Assembly: GCA_977030845.1 (NCBI GenBank) | Contig: OZ365116.1 | Span: 18,476,001 to 18,540,000 of the forward strand | DNA: 64,000 bases | Direction: 5' to 3' | Source: Fimbriosthenelais zetlandica | Taxonomy: Eukaryota | Shown here: positions 1 to 14,200 of the stretch, in pieces | How positions within the stretch are numbered: the stretch's first letter is position 1 | How the letters are laid out: the number at the start of each line of letters is the position of its first letter | Program-made: the position numbers and the translations under genes | The notes under the pieces: generated by a model | The model's input: the letters and a program-made list of their open reading frames with translations, nothing else | Databases searched by the model: none | Told to the model about the DNA's origin: nothing

Positions 1-3000
1 CAATATAGAAGATAAGGACATGAAGCTATTCCTACCACGGCCACGCGGCGCCATGTCTTATCACATTTAATATGCTTTATCATCCAGTTTATATTGGATA
101 CAAGCTGCAGCAACATGCCCTCATCTGGGAAGGTAGACATATATAACCATATGGTGAACCATTCTGGATTTTGGATTTTGTTATCTTGATGATAATCTAG
201 AGATAACAAATAATTATCAGGGTGATGCAGAGAATAGAGACAATCTGCTAAAAAAAGGTGATTTTGATTATGTATGGTTGACGTGTCTGCAGACCTGAAT
301 ATGACTTAAATATTAGTGTAGATGAAGCAGGAGCTTCAGACAATGAGACGTGAGACCATCAGCTCTTAATTCATTCCTCCTACCTTGCTCACTGGCAGCG
401 AACAAGGGTTAAAGACCTGAGCAATTTCTTTCCTTCCTCTGTAGGAAATGAAGGGGTTAATGTCTTGGACGACCAAAATAACCTGATAATGATGATTGAA
501 GGATTCTCGGGGAAATGCCTGTAGGGAAAGACTTATAAAATCATTCTGATGAGATTTATTGCTCATTTTTAGAAGTATTCAGAATATTCTTCGAAAGAAT
601 ATTAAAATGTCATGCTTATTACACCTCCATATGTTTTGTTAAAGATCTAGGTCTAAACCAATGCATGTATGACAGTTATATACACGGTAAGATTACAGCA
701 TGTAATAAAGAGAATACCTGGACCCAACGTACAGGTAATTGAAGTACAAGCAAATCTTTCTCATGTCCTCTTATAAGAAACTATTCATGGTGAATTCTGC
801 TGGATCAATATTGAGAGAAAGGGATCGTATATGTCTATGTACGTATACTGCTGTCCTATATTGGCCTTCTGTGAAAGGCTATAGGATAAGTAATGTCTCA
901 CACAATCTCCTTGCGAAGATATCTCTCAATTTCCACTGAATGATGTATGTGGCATGTATATTATGGCAGGCCCCCTACCCATGATAAAGAATTAAAAATC
1001 TTTGGGTAAATTTTAAAATAATTCAACATAATTTATCTGACGTCGGTTGCCACAGGATGTTTTTACCCATGGAATAAAACCCCGACCAATACATGCTCTC
1101 ACAGACTTCAATGAGAGCACAATCCATGAACTTAACATCAAGTGTTCGTGCTTTGTTCTTATCAATCATGCTCTCATTTTATGACTCCTGTTGCACTTTG
1201 TGAGTGAGTCAGTGAGTGCATCCATTTAATAATATGATGGATGGATTTCCACGGTAGTATAAATACATTGTGAAGGAGGAATATTAATACACCAGTATAT
1301 AGATACTTCACTTTACTCTCAGATTGAATATCTTGGAAACACGTTCAATGAAATGAAATTAAAATCATTCCACTTAGACCTGACCTGCCTCCTTCAAGGC
1401 CAGATCAATCACCTGAGAACTCAATGACCAACGCCCCCTTAAAGCCCTTTTCTGAACAGGTTCTTTCACTCTTTGGTTGCCAATCGATATCGGATTAAGG
1501 CCGACTCTGGATATCGAGATGTCCTTGGTAAGATGAGAGTAATATCATGTATCTACCCTGGGCATGAAGTGGCTCGACCTGCACTCATTACTCCCGGTTT
1601 CTTGACCTTTATACTGACCCCCCACTGACCCTCACTCCTTGTACGACCAATACAGGGATGATGATCCATTACTGAACCCAGTCTACACCCATTAGCCCTG
1701 TATTGACCTTATAGTGTACGGCTTCTACCGTCTTGGGCTATAGTAATGCTTTCACTTTCTACCCAAACGAGTTTCGTTAGTGCAAAGGAATTCTTAAATA
1801 TTAACGGCATGAACAAGATATATAAATATTTTTCGCCATGTTCCCTTACTTAAACAGTAGAACTTTCTGATTGACCAGGAACTAAATGCCATTTTTGGCT
1901 TTTCACACGAGAGCATTGATTATATTTCATGCAAAACCACCGCAGTAGTATAGGGAAATGGTCCAGAGTCAAGGGCTTAGTCGGACCCGTGCAGACTGGG
2001 CATCGTGCCTGTGGGATCAATAGGTGGTACACATTTTATGTGGGTTCCCAGACCTGAGACCATCCCGCTATCACACTACACCATTTAATCACCTCCCATG
2101 ACTGGCTGAATCTGATCAGGCCAGCTTTTCTTTCCCTCTGAAATGCGATGCTTTGAAGTGCATAGGTATACACTCCTGTCGAGGAGTGAATTCAGTAGGT
2201 GTCACTGTCAGAACGGTCTTAATGGGTGGCTTGGATGACAGCTTGTAATGACCCTCTATGGAAAAGTCCTTTAGCTCCAAACACTGTTCCTGTAATTTAT
2301 CCTGCCCATTCATCTCTAGAGAAGAATATAACCGAAATTTTCGGTGAGATATTCACAATATAAATGTGAGATAATTGGCCGTTAGAAGTGGTGGACCAAA
2401 TACTAGTGATAGCTAACTGATTATATAATATGAAATAATGATATTACCACTGCCCTACTTTGTCTCATAATATAGCGCAGGTCTTGATTGGCAGGTGGGT
2501 GAATTATGTGATAGATTTATGCGTTAGATAATCAGATATATATGCCACAAAGACAGAATCATCAATATCTAGACCTCACATTATGTAGACCAAACAAAGA
2601 ATGCCTGCTATATGCTGTGTATTTACCTAACTGCTAAGCAGGGAAGTAAAGGTAAAGAACACAATTCACCTTAGATTGTAATTCTGATTTGGAAGGTAAA
2701 AATAACCACAGACCATTAAGAAAGCGTCAACAACAAGCTATATTGGTGACCACAATGGCTGCTGTGACCTCCATTAACCATTAACAATTGGCCTTCGGGG
2801 TTGAGTGAGGATTACATAACACTAATCTAATGGACATTGAGAGGGTTTTAACGACTGTATGCCGGACAGTTAATGGTTAATTAATGTCTTGTCTAACAGC
2901 TTTGATATCTATAAGGTATTCAGGGGTGATGTGTGGCAGTTAGAAAACAGAAATGTGTTAGAAAAATTAGCCTAATGTATCTCAGAATGTAGGAATATTT

Positions 3001-3800
3001 ATTTCGGTTTGGGGCTTTGTTCCTGATAGAGGCATTGTGTGCCCTTTACCCAAGGGATAATGACATAGAATAGACCTTAATGCTTGCGTCCTCAGAGACC
3101 CGTGTTATCCTATCACCGAGGACCACTTATAGCGAGGTCATTCTATTCCTTTCTCCTGTCTAATCTGCATCAAATCTCTCCCTCTATAATATAATATCAA
3201 AATAAGACTTGTTAACCACTGCATGAAACGTGAGTAATTTTGCAGCTTAGGAGTCACTTTGCTGTGGGCGCTCATTAAATGCCAAGAATTAAGATAAATC
3301 TCAGATTACAAAGAATTGATTCACAGCATCGACTTGCTTCAGGTGTACATTTCCTATAATGTATACAATGACCTTTGATGTCTTAGAAACTTCATCTATT
3401 CTTCAGACATGCATGTTTGAAATGGTTCCTTAAGGCTTAATGAAAATTTCCTAAAGGCAAACTTCGCCAAAGGAATACATTTCTTCAAACGAATACACTA
3501 TTCTTAAGCTTCTTTATTTTCAACTTTTAAGAGACTTGAGTGGTATGGTAGGCGTGAATAGGTCATAGTTTTAACAATTATGGCCAGGGGCATATGGTTG
3601 TTACTTTACTTGAGGGAACACAGACTCTCAGACTATAGGTAGAGGTCATTAATGTGCCTTTAGAATGTATCCTTTAAACACGTTGGTTTATCTGTCAGTG
3701 ACCCTTGCTTCTGACACACGTCTAGAACTTTCAGAATAATTTAATGTCATCATTTGTTTATATTTCCAGTCGGAGAGGGAGTATTAGGAGGAGGAGTATC

Positions 3801-6800
3801 ATGGATTATGGAGGAGATGAAGAAGGAGCAGGAGGGGGAGGGGGAGGTGGAGGAGGGATGTGGTCGTTAACTGGAGAACAAACCGATCTAGAATTCCTTC
3901 ATCAACAACAATTAGACGCTCTCGTCCCCCTCAAGGAAGACCTCTCAGACTGGCTCAATAAACTACTTGGTAATTATTTCATCTATTTTCTAACCTTCCC
4001 AATTTACCATTCTCATCTCAAGGTAGCTAAGATGGATGAGCTAGCCTACAGAGTGGGTTGGTTGCCCAGTTTCTGCCTTCCTGTAGGCCCCATGGGGACG
4101 TCATCTATTGCTTGGAATAAAGTATTAAGTTAACCGGTAATGCTCCCTGCTGGCGTCGTCCCTGTATTACCCCGGTATAATGGATTGGATCCTCTTTGGA
4201 AGTGACTGGCAACAACCAGTCATCTCACAATGATGGTTCACTGTGCTAAAATTACCTGGTCTTATTCTATACAATCATATTAATATCAGAGTTTGATCAT
4301 TTATTGTGTTTTGGACAACAAACCCCATGAACGTTCAGTTACTAAGGATTCACAAGAATGATCCTAATTGAAAAATGTACTTTAACATTGACTATAACCA
4401 ATATTTTCAGGTATTGATATCAATGAGGAGACGTTTATGGATGTACTAGATTCTGGTGTGCACGTCTGTAAATTAGCCAAACTGATACAGACGAACGCCG
4501 AGGCAGCTGTCAAGGAAGGGCGGGTCTTTGAGGTAAGAGCAATATTTACATCAACATCTCTTGAATTCTGTATCATATGATTCTTTTGGATCATAATTTG
4601 TTATTACCAAATGTTAATATTTTTCAGAGGCTATCAAAAACGAAACTGAGATTCAAGGAAAACGCTCGATCAGGGACATGGTTTGCACGAGACAACATCG
4701 CCAACTTCATCAAATGGTGCCGCGAGTACAAAATCAAGGAGGAATACATGTTTGAAACGGAAGGATTAGGTTAGTTTGTGAGAACTCATCCAATTCCTGG
4801 TTACATTTCATTTAAAACATACAAATCCAATATAAAAAATATAAAATGAAACATGATTCTAAAGTATTAAATCTCTGTTCTTTTCAGTGACACATTCCAC
4901 AGAGAGGAATTTCGTGCTATGTTTGTTTGAGCTTGGCCGCCTTGCCTACAAGTATGGTATGGAAGCACCAGCCCTGGTTGTCATGGAGAAAGAAATAGAC
5001 CGACTAGAACAAGGTTCTTGTTTTGGTGATGAAACGTTCACCTCAGAACAAGATGGCGGTATGTCAGGGAGAGACAGTCGTCCTCCCGCCCGCCGGGCGT
5101 CCATTAGTATTATGACAAACGGCTCGTCCTCAGAGAGCAGCTCTATAAGTACACTCACTGAGGCGCTCAGAGAAAGGTCAAAATCCAGGTCAAAATCCAG
5201 AAGTCCTGCTCAGAGGAGGAGATCCATCTCCTCTGTTGAAAATGACTCTATGATACCACTGTTTGTGGATACAAGAAGGCTGACTCCCAGCCCCAGGCGG
5301 AGGAGCCCCAGTCCAAAGAGGACCCCTAGTCCACGAGGTGGACCTAGTCCAAGGAGTAGTATACCAAGTCCTCGAAGTGGTATTCCTAGCCCAAGAGCTA
5401 CACCTAGTCCTAGAAGTAGTATACCTAGTCCTAGAAGTAGTTCTAGTCCAAGGCAAACGCCCAGTCCAAGACCAATGTCAGAGGCTTCTATTGAAACTAA
5501 TGGTGGCAGCCCTTCCCTGAAAAGGAGGAGTGCCACATACGGAACTAACACTTGTGATTTTAATGGTCAGGCATCGCCACGAAGACCACTGAGTTCCACT
5601 GGAGTGGGAACCGATACAAATGACTTTAATGGACGAAGTTCCCCAAGAGGATTGAGTTCCATTGGCATTGGTGCGGGGACTGATACTAGAGACTTTAATG
5701 GCCAGATGTCGCCACGTCCAAGAAGTTCCACGGGCACAGGAACTGATACAAATGACTTTAACGGGCAAATGCCTCGCAGGGGAAGGAGTTCCACTGGTAT
5801 AGGCACCGATACTTGTGATTTTAACGGACAAGTTTCACCCCGTGGGACCAGTTCCACCGGGACTGGTACTGATAGAGTGAATGGTACTGCAGTAGGCACT
5901 CTCACTGATGGTGACTATCAGGGTGAAAAAAGACAGTTAACTCTCAAATCTGATACCAATAGAAATAGCATAAGTGTGGGTACGAATGGTCCTCGGACAG
6001 TTGATACTGACACTAATGCTGGTATTGGTAATGGATACAGTGCAGTGGATGGTGCATATATGAATGGTGCTTCAACAGGGACTTCATCCCCGAAATCTGT
6101 GTGGAGAAGATCGTCCTCTCCTCACACTCCCAACACTAAAATACCCGTACCTACTGGAACCTCTGCTCATGGAACTCTCAGTCGTGGGGCGTCATCGAAT
6201 AGTATCAACTCATTAGGAACACCGATCAATGGGAACACGCCCAAGTCAGTGAGAAGGAGGTTCAGTTCAGCTGGAACTGGTAACTTCAATAGTGACAGTC
6301 CTAGAAGTGCCCTGTCTGGTACCAAAACACCGCGGCGTAGGTCCATGTCCAACAAGTCAGATAAGTCTGATGAACTGGACAAAGAGGTGAGAGTTCTAAT
6401 GATCAACTCAATGTTCTTATAAGATATCCAACTCCCCAAGTTTCTCAGTTCATGAGGTTTCTATATGTATCGAATTCTTTTTTAGGAAGAGGAACCACCC
6501 AGGAAAAAGGTTTGAGTAGTGCTGACTTTGTAGAATTTGACATTTAATTTGTTACTCTTTTGGTGTTGATATGTTACATGATCTTATATTTTATATTGCG
6601 TGAATCGGTTAGCTTTTCCTGGTGAATTGATACATCTTGATATGATATATAATATAGAAGTATGATTGACATTACATTCAAATGATTATTTATGAAATCT
6701 TATAAATTGAAATGATTGTGAACAAACGTAATATAAGTCTCCCTTCTCGTGTCTTCAGGTTCGCCGCATATCTGGAAGGTGCCAGTGCCCTCAGTGTTAT

Positions 6801-7565
6801 CAAATAGACAGACTATCTGAGGGTAAATACAGGATAGGAGAGAGGGTGGTCTTTGTACGGGTAAGTTTATCATTATGATCTAACGTTATCTCAATGTTAA
6901 TCCAATGATGATCTAACTTTCTCCATGAATCTCCATGTATTTGTCATGCAACTAATATCTCATTACTGAATTTAATGAATCAGAATTTGATATAATGGAT
7001 TGTTATAAATGGTTGTTTTTGTAGTTGTTGAAGGGGAAGCATGTGATGGTGCGTGTAGGGGGAGGCTGGGATACCTTGGATCATTACCTCGCCACTCACG
7101 ACCCGTGTCGTATCATGGAGGTACGGCGAGACCCCAGCTGTCACAGTCTCACTCACGAAGATGACAAATTCCTCTTCATTCATGGCAAATACAAGGTATG
7201 TTTTCCCCACATTCTCCTTCATTTTGTCCTGATAAATATATATCTGAAAAATTCCTATTTTAATTTTAATGAACCATACTTTGTATTCTCACCAATGGTA
7301 GGATATTATGCTGTTGTTCATTTCAGAGTTTCTGTCTTAACTGCGTAAGTTTCTCTATAAAACAACTGGTTTAAAAGTTCCACTTGGATTATTTGAGTTT
7401 AAGAAATCAAATTTTCTAAATACTGTTTCCATGTTATGAGAGACTTGGGTTGGGAAATTCGACCATGTAAATATTTACCCATTTTGAGATGTCAGATGGG
7501 ATGAGGTAGTGGAATGAGATAATGACAATGAGATTGATCTTTTACAGGGTGGATCTATATCTTGA
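3801..7565 (+). CDS. GAS2-like protein (calponin-homology domain, long S/P/R-rich linker, C-terminal GAR/GAS2 domain)
   Basis: Phase-compatible GT-AG exons: 3801-3969, 4411-4532, 4628-4769, 4888-6386, 6759-6860, 7025-7195, 7548-7565. The CH part reads [59 protein letters not shown]. The GAR part reads [63 protein letters not shown]. An acceptor at 3769 implies an upstream exon, so the start codon is uncertain. Confidence 0.92.
5281..5472 (+). repeat. Coding imperfect 18-21 nt repeats encoding (P)SPR heptads with SxIP motifs
   Basis: About 10 cctagtcc/cccagtcc units translating to [21 protein letters not shown] inside the GAS2-like exon 4888-6386. Confidence 0.85.
5536..5880 (+). repeat. Coding imperfect ~63-69 nt repeats encoding GTDTxDFNGxxSPRxxSSTGx (5 full units plus a partial)
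   Basis: Recurrent gatac..gactttaatgg and agttccac words; the repeats are visible in the ORF 4887..6422 translation. Confidence 0.85.
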
Positions 7566-10500
7566 CATGTCCCGAGAAACTGAACCATCTACAAGACTGC
7601 TCACCTGTCGACGACAGAGAACGACTGGATACTTCTGCCCTTGGTACACTTGAAGATCTTGCCACTTCAACAAACTTCTTTATCAGACACGTGCATGTGT
7701 TTCTAGAGCTTTGACTTTATATAAACGGGGAAATAATTAGGTATGAATTTAATGGAAACACATTAATTACCAAGTAAGTACGCTGGGTGTATGCATTACT
7801 CTTGCCATTGTATATTTGAAAGTCTAACAGCGTATAAATCAATCTGTTTAAAATTCGCGTTCTGATGGTAACGTATTGAAAAGCGAATATGACAATCATA
7901 TTTTGGGCAGTATTAAAAATCGTAGAGGGGACTGGGTCCAAGGAGGCGTTTAGACATCGACAGTTTTAAACTATATGATTATTCTGTCACTATCTTAACT
8001 ATGTAATCAAATATGTTAACCTTGGTTCATATAACATGCATGCGAGCCTGTGAATTGAGTTAACTAATGTTCATTATGAAGCAGTCATTTGTGAGGTATA
8101 TCTTATATGGTCTTATGTTGTCAAAATATGTTTTATTTGTGCTGGTCACACTATTTATATTTTATTATTGGAGAAAACCAATTTGGTGTCAATGAATTAT
8201 AAGTAGAAGATGCTCTTATAATATTCTTCCGTAATATTCTTCGGAAAGTAAGGGAATATGTCTAGTGATCTTACTTAATCATTTATTCCAGTTACATTTT
8301 GTTTATGTAATCAAAACTTTCAAGCCCGGTATACAAATGATATTACACAGATAAAGAGTGGGGACTGCTTTGGGATGAGCTTTTATATTTCCCATGTTAA
8401 ACAGTACATTATCCTCAATATATACTCCGTGATACTAGAAATGCTAGGATATTATCAATGGGCCTCAATACATATAATCCTCTGGTAGATTTTAAAATTT
8501 CTGTCAGATCTTGAGCAATAACAAACAAGCAAACTACACCAGGGGTGAATAGGTGAACATTAATCAGGTTATACATGTATATTAGGTCTTCTGGCTATTT
8601 ATCTTTGATAGACAATCAGATTAACGGATTACTTTTAGAATTTAAGGATTATTTTTAATCTAGTCAGTAATGAAAATAAATAAGAGGTGTTCCTTTGGCA
8701 ATGTTGAGTTGATATAATACCCCAAAACATCTCACTGTAAATGTCATGGATTGCAAAAAGCACAAGGGTATTATAAAGAATAATAGTTTAGCAATAAGAA
8801 GCCAAATAGAAACGAGGATTCCTCCAAGTGACGAGGATTAATGGTCAGAGAAACAGGTGAGAATGACCCAGTCCTCTTCATGCACAAGATAGATGCATGG
8901 CAATGTTATTGGCCAAAAGTTATTTCATTGAAAATAATTGAATTTAAATGTTACTCTGGATGATCCGAAAATGAAAACCAGTAATCTTTAAATGTATGTA
9001 ACTGGTGATGATGATTTTAAATGTCTGCTAAGCTGCGGCTTTTCCTGTTCGTGTGATTCTATTTATGGTTAATGAAGTTTACCTGCATTGCATTTCGAGA
9101 ATGGTTTTAAGATTTGTTACATTGGTAAATATTGTTGCTACTTAGGAAGTAAAAGAGATAATATCAAAGCCATACTATCTGTTCTTTGGCTTGTATGCAT
9201 TGAATTCTGTTAAGTCAATGCTTTGAGATGTGAGATGAAGTATCGCCTCAGAGGGATGGTTATGAATTGTTAAATAGTTCTAATTTTTGCCTCCACGAGT
9301 AGAACTTATTAAGTATGAAAATAGGTGGAATAAGGATGACCTAGCAAGCAGATGCTATCAATAACCGCTGTGTTTCAGTTAGAAATCTTAGGGCAAAAAC
9401 CTGTTATTGTTATTCTGCATACAAATAAGTATTTAATGTGATTCCTATGAAGTTGTGTGGAGTAAGATTGGGCTAATTCCTGTCTATATTGGCGTTTGTC
9501 AAGGTTTAGTGAGGGACTGGACCGCTATAGTTTAGGCCTGGTTTGGCTCTTCATCTTTGTTCAGCCTGCTTATCAATGACTCTTTGTGAAGGCATCCTGT
9601 CGTGGTCAATGTAGCCTCAACTTGTGTTCAGGTTTACAAGTCTGCTATAATTATAATAATTCAGTTCTGCTTCATGTATATTATGTATTATGTCACAATC
9701 ACTCAAGACGACAAGAGAAGACATTGAGTAGGTCATGGGATCTTCTGCTGTAAGTAGTTCACCTCTAGAACCGTTGTAAATACTGTCAATCAGATTTTGG
9801 ATCAATCATTAATAAAAGTGCATTTGGGATCCTTGATTTATTTTTTTTCACTAATAATCATGTCTGTTTCTGTATCTTTCAGCAAGTAGTTTTGCTAGTT
9901 ACCCACATTAGTAATGGTGAGTTCGAGATATAGGATTAAGAGTTTTTTGTTGCGTTCAAAGTTCACATTCTAAAGTTATACGATCAAAGGGAACTATCCA
10001 TACGTAGTTTTACATACATTCAAAATATGATAATTAGATTCAAACCATAAATATCTGAGTAAAACACGTTGAAATGGTTGGTTCCCTTTGTGTTGTTTTC
10101 AGAAGTTTATTGTTAATGTTATTGACATGTACAATGTGGAGTTACGTATAAAAATAACACAATTATTGGAAAAAAGGTAAAATAAAAAGGGTTGAAATAT
10201 GTAGAGACAGTAACCATAGGGACATACATTGACATATAATATATTGGTGGGAACTTTTGTTTACACCATTCTTCCTAAGAAACAAGTCTTACATAGTGGA
10301 ACTTTTTCCGAAGCAATCCCTCCCTCCCATGAACATCTTAATCCTCCATTGCTTAACCCCTAAATGTGACAAATCTATTGTCAGGTTTGCCTTAGAATGC
10401 AGTAAGGCGATCATAACATGCATTTCAAACTATTCCCTACTTTATATAATATAGGCCTACATGCACTTCAAAATCACTTGTTCACTAATGAAATAGCACC

Positions 10501-11231
10501 TCCAAGCAAGTCTTTTCTGTTTATATATATACATTGATCGCCACAAGGCTGCATACTCGACATATATGTGTGCGAGTTGAACTCTCATATAAATAACTCA
10601 TAAAAAGCTGGAAGACAATATATTCTGCCATGACCTCACTTCCACGCACCTGTACAATACTGATAATCTCAAAAGGTATGCTTTCAGTCATAATTAACCA
10701 GCTTCATTCGGGGATATAGATTGATATAAATAAATTCTGGCCAATATGAAATGATATACAAGTATAAGGAATATTGGGATTTCCTCACAAGCCAACAGGC
10801 ATTGGAATTTGACTAATCCAGAATTTGTATATGGATTCTTGCGTAAGCTGTGAGAGATAAGCCCGGGTAGAAATATCTCCCTGGATTTGAAAGCTGTCCA
10901 TGTGAACTATAGTATCTAAGAATATTTCCATTTAAAAAACAAAAATCCAATATTGCATGGTCCAGCCAAGTCTTTTTGGGGGCTACCACCACCACCTTTT
11001 GCGCTACAAGTAGCTAGTCTTTTACATCTATTTGAAATAAGTGCATTATCTGTGATATAATTAATACTCAGAACAATAGCCTTCCCTCGGTTCTCAACCA
11101 TATTCAGGCTCATGAATCACATTGTCATTACATCAGATGGCACCACTGTACCTTTTGGTCCTCATGAATATCACAAGTAAATTGGTTCCGGTGGATCACG
11201 CATATATATACGATCATGATCTCACTCTAGC

Positions 11232-14200
11232 TCAAGCCCTAGCAGTTCTGTAATCAAACGCTGAACTTTGAGAGTTAACAGGTGGAACATCACCTTCAAT
11301 TTGCATATAAACCGGCTCCTCCTCATTGACATGACCATATAGTCCATTTCTATCCATGGCATACTCGAGTTCGGGCTCCAGAATAATATATGCACTGCCC
11401 TTCTCCCGGCTGGCAAAGCGATACAGACTGTTCGTGCTAATGCCGCCAGAAGATTCATTATATCTTCTTGGAAGATAATGTTGGTCCAGATTCTCCATGC
11501 TCAAACTGTTTTGACCCAATCGCCTGCGATTATCTGACATATAGGGCGAGCGTCGTGAATCGTGGCGTGGATCAAAGGTGTCCCTCATCTGAGGAGCAGT
11601 GTGGGCAGGGCTGACCGGGGACAGGTATGGATCCTCCTGTACAGGCATCCAGGGGTTAGTATGTGGATCCATGGAATGATCCTGACCTATAGACGTCAGG
11701 TCATCCATGCTGAGGCTGGTTCGAGGCAGGCCTCGCTTCGCTCTATTTATTTGGATATGTGGCCGGGGGATGTGATGTGGTACCCAATCCAAACTGACAT
11801 TAGGATGATGCAACCTTTCCAAGCTGTTGCTTGCTCCCATCCCAGTTTGGTAGACCCTCCCCAAATGATGGTTTGGCCTTTCTCCGCTATGGTAAGTGCG
11901 CTCCAAGCTGTTTGATGGCCGATCATCTCTGAATCGTTGTCGTTCTAAGCTGTGATTTTGCTGATAATAAGGTAACCTCTGCAAGCTTTGGATGGGTTCA
12001 TTTACTTTGTGACTAGGTCTGTCTAAGCTGTGATGATGAAAGTCCTCCATTTCATACCCCATCCTGGGCCTCTCTAGAGACCGGACAAGCCTCTCATCAG
12101 GCACCCTGACAAGCCTCTCATCAGGCATCATCTGAGGACTTTCATACTCAGGAGGAGGAAGGTTGAGTGGCTCATCAAACGGTCCTTCAGGATATGGGGG
12201 TAGAGGAGGAGTTTCACTTCTCTGGTATCTTTCATGGTCATTCCCCTGCTGTACATGCTCATACTCAGTGTGGTTTTCATAATAGGGCTCTCCTGATGTA
12301 TCAGTTATTGCCCCCTCCATAAAAGAACGGTGCTGGCGCTCTTGACCGGGAGTCTGGGTGGCCATAGGCGCTATAGGATAATCCATTTTCTGGTTCATCT
12401 CCTGGATGGGACTTGGATGTGTCATATCTGGCACTATTGCCTCTGGATGGCGGATGGCTGGGTCGTCCAGCTCCATGTACTGCTGTTCTGGAATGGCCTC
12501 CACCTCGTCTGGTAGAGGGGTGGTTATCTGGGGATTGATGTACTCCTGCGGCCGCCCCATTGGCTTGGGCGGGCTGATTGTTGGCCTTTTGTTGTTCTTC
12601 TTTGCTTGTTTTCTTGCGGCGTTCTTCTACAAAGGTTGAGAAATGATAGTGTTAAAATGGTACAAAGGTTTACAGAAAAGGGAAACTCTTAAATGTATAT
12701 AGATTGTATTATTCAATCATGGAATTGTTGGATAAATGTCAAAAATTAAAGGAAAAACACCAGTTGGAACTATTGCTTTGTAAAGGTTCCATATTTTATC
12801 ATTCACAAAATTAAATAAAATATGGATAGAAGGCAAAGCAATCTGAGAATGGCAGCGAACATATATGGGAAACAAATGATACACCATGCACTTGTCAGAG
12901 CTCATTCTTCCATGCTTCTATTTTGGACATCCTTTATACAGGCATACTTCTCACTGATAACTTCATAAAGAGAGATTTTGAGATGTTGAGAGACTAATAT
13001 TATCAGGCCTGACCTTCTAAGCATGAACATCACATACATAAAGATCGTATACAGAAACGATTGTTATAGCTTACTACCATGCAAAGTCATTGGTGCCTTT
13101 AACAACACCAAAGCAGACATGAAGGTCAGAACCTCTAAAGCAGCAGTCAGGTTGTTATTAAAGTTGTGACTATGGGGATCTTTGGCCATTGCTATGTATA
13201 TTGTATATATTATAAGAATGGTGAACGGCTCGGAAACAATTGCTGCTATGCAAGGTCAAGCAAGAAAATTGTACCGCAGAAGCAATGAGAAAAACTTTAC
13301 ATTATTAATTATTTTTTATTATATAATTTACCCTCGTCAGGTATCACTGGATAGCTAGGTTGTACTGGATTCTATGACGATACTGAACAATCATTTAACC
13401 AAAATTGAAGTAACAAAATTCATTATACTGCATACCAAGACCTTCATCCAGCAGTTTGAATATATTATGCCAAAATATCCAAAATTAAATCAAAATAATT
13501 TCCCCCATAAAAGAAGAATCCTGTTTATAACACAGTAGCACATATCAAGATTCCTGAAGTTATTATCGGTATTTAGTAATAGTTTATCACAACCGCAGCA
13601 AGTTTGATGAAGAGAGTAAGAAGTATTAATTAATGAGTGTGTTAATAAGAAGCATACCTTGTCCGATTTATTGGAACCAGCTGACTTACGTAGACTAGAA
13701 GATTGGCTTGATCGTGAACTGAAGCGTTCAACTACAGCCTGACGCATCTGTAAAAAATAAAGTTAGATTTTTACCCTTGGGAAAATATCCAGTGACTAAG
13801 ATGGGGATAATACGAGAGGATTGAAGAAATATCAATTTTTATTCGCAAAATGTTCATATCCAGCACTATGCAGCTCTGCTTACCTTTTTATTCAGCGCGC
13901 AATGGAAGAAGAATATAAAGAATCCCTGAAAGTAAAAAAAAAAAAGAGGTTAACCAAATTGTACTTCAGTATAACCTAGATCTAAGCTTTTAGGGTGTTT
14001 AAAACAATAACAAAGCTGAGAAACTGCTTTCCCTCTCTCTAGCAGAGGCTATTCAGGTAATCAAGTACTCCATCCTTCAATCAGTACTAGGAGTAGTATA
14101 ATTATAAACGTTTTTTTAAATGTCTGTACCTACCTGTAGAGAATTGCATACAGCAAAGATATATTGGAAGTATATTAATTTGTCATTCACTGAGAATATG

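Noticed and set aside
330-2320. Possible minus-strand exons of an upstream gene
   Set aside because: Some splice-like signals and short ORFs, but no recognisable motif and no consistent exon chain.
4946-6439. Antisense ORFs overlapping the GAS2-like exon
   Set aside because: Shadow ORFs produced by repetitive, stop-poor coding sequence on the opposite strand.
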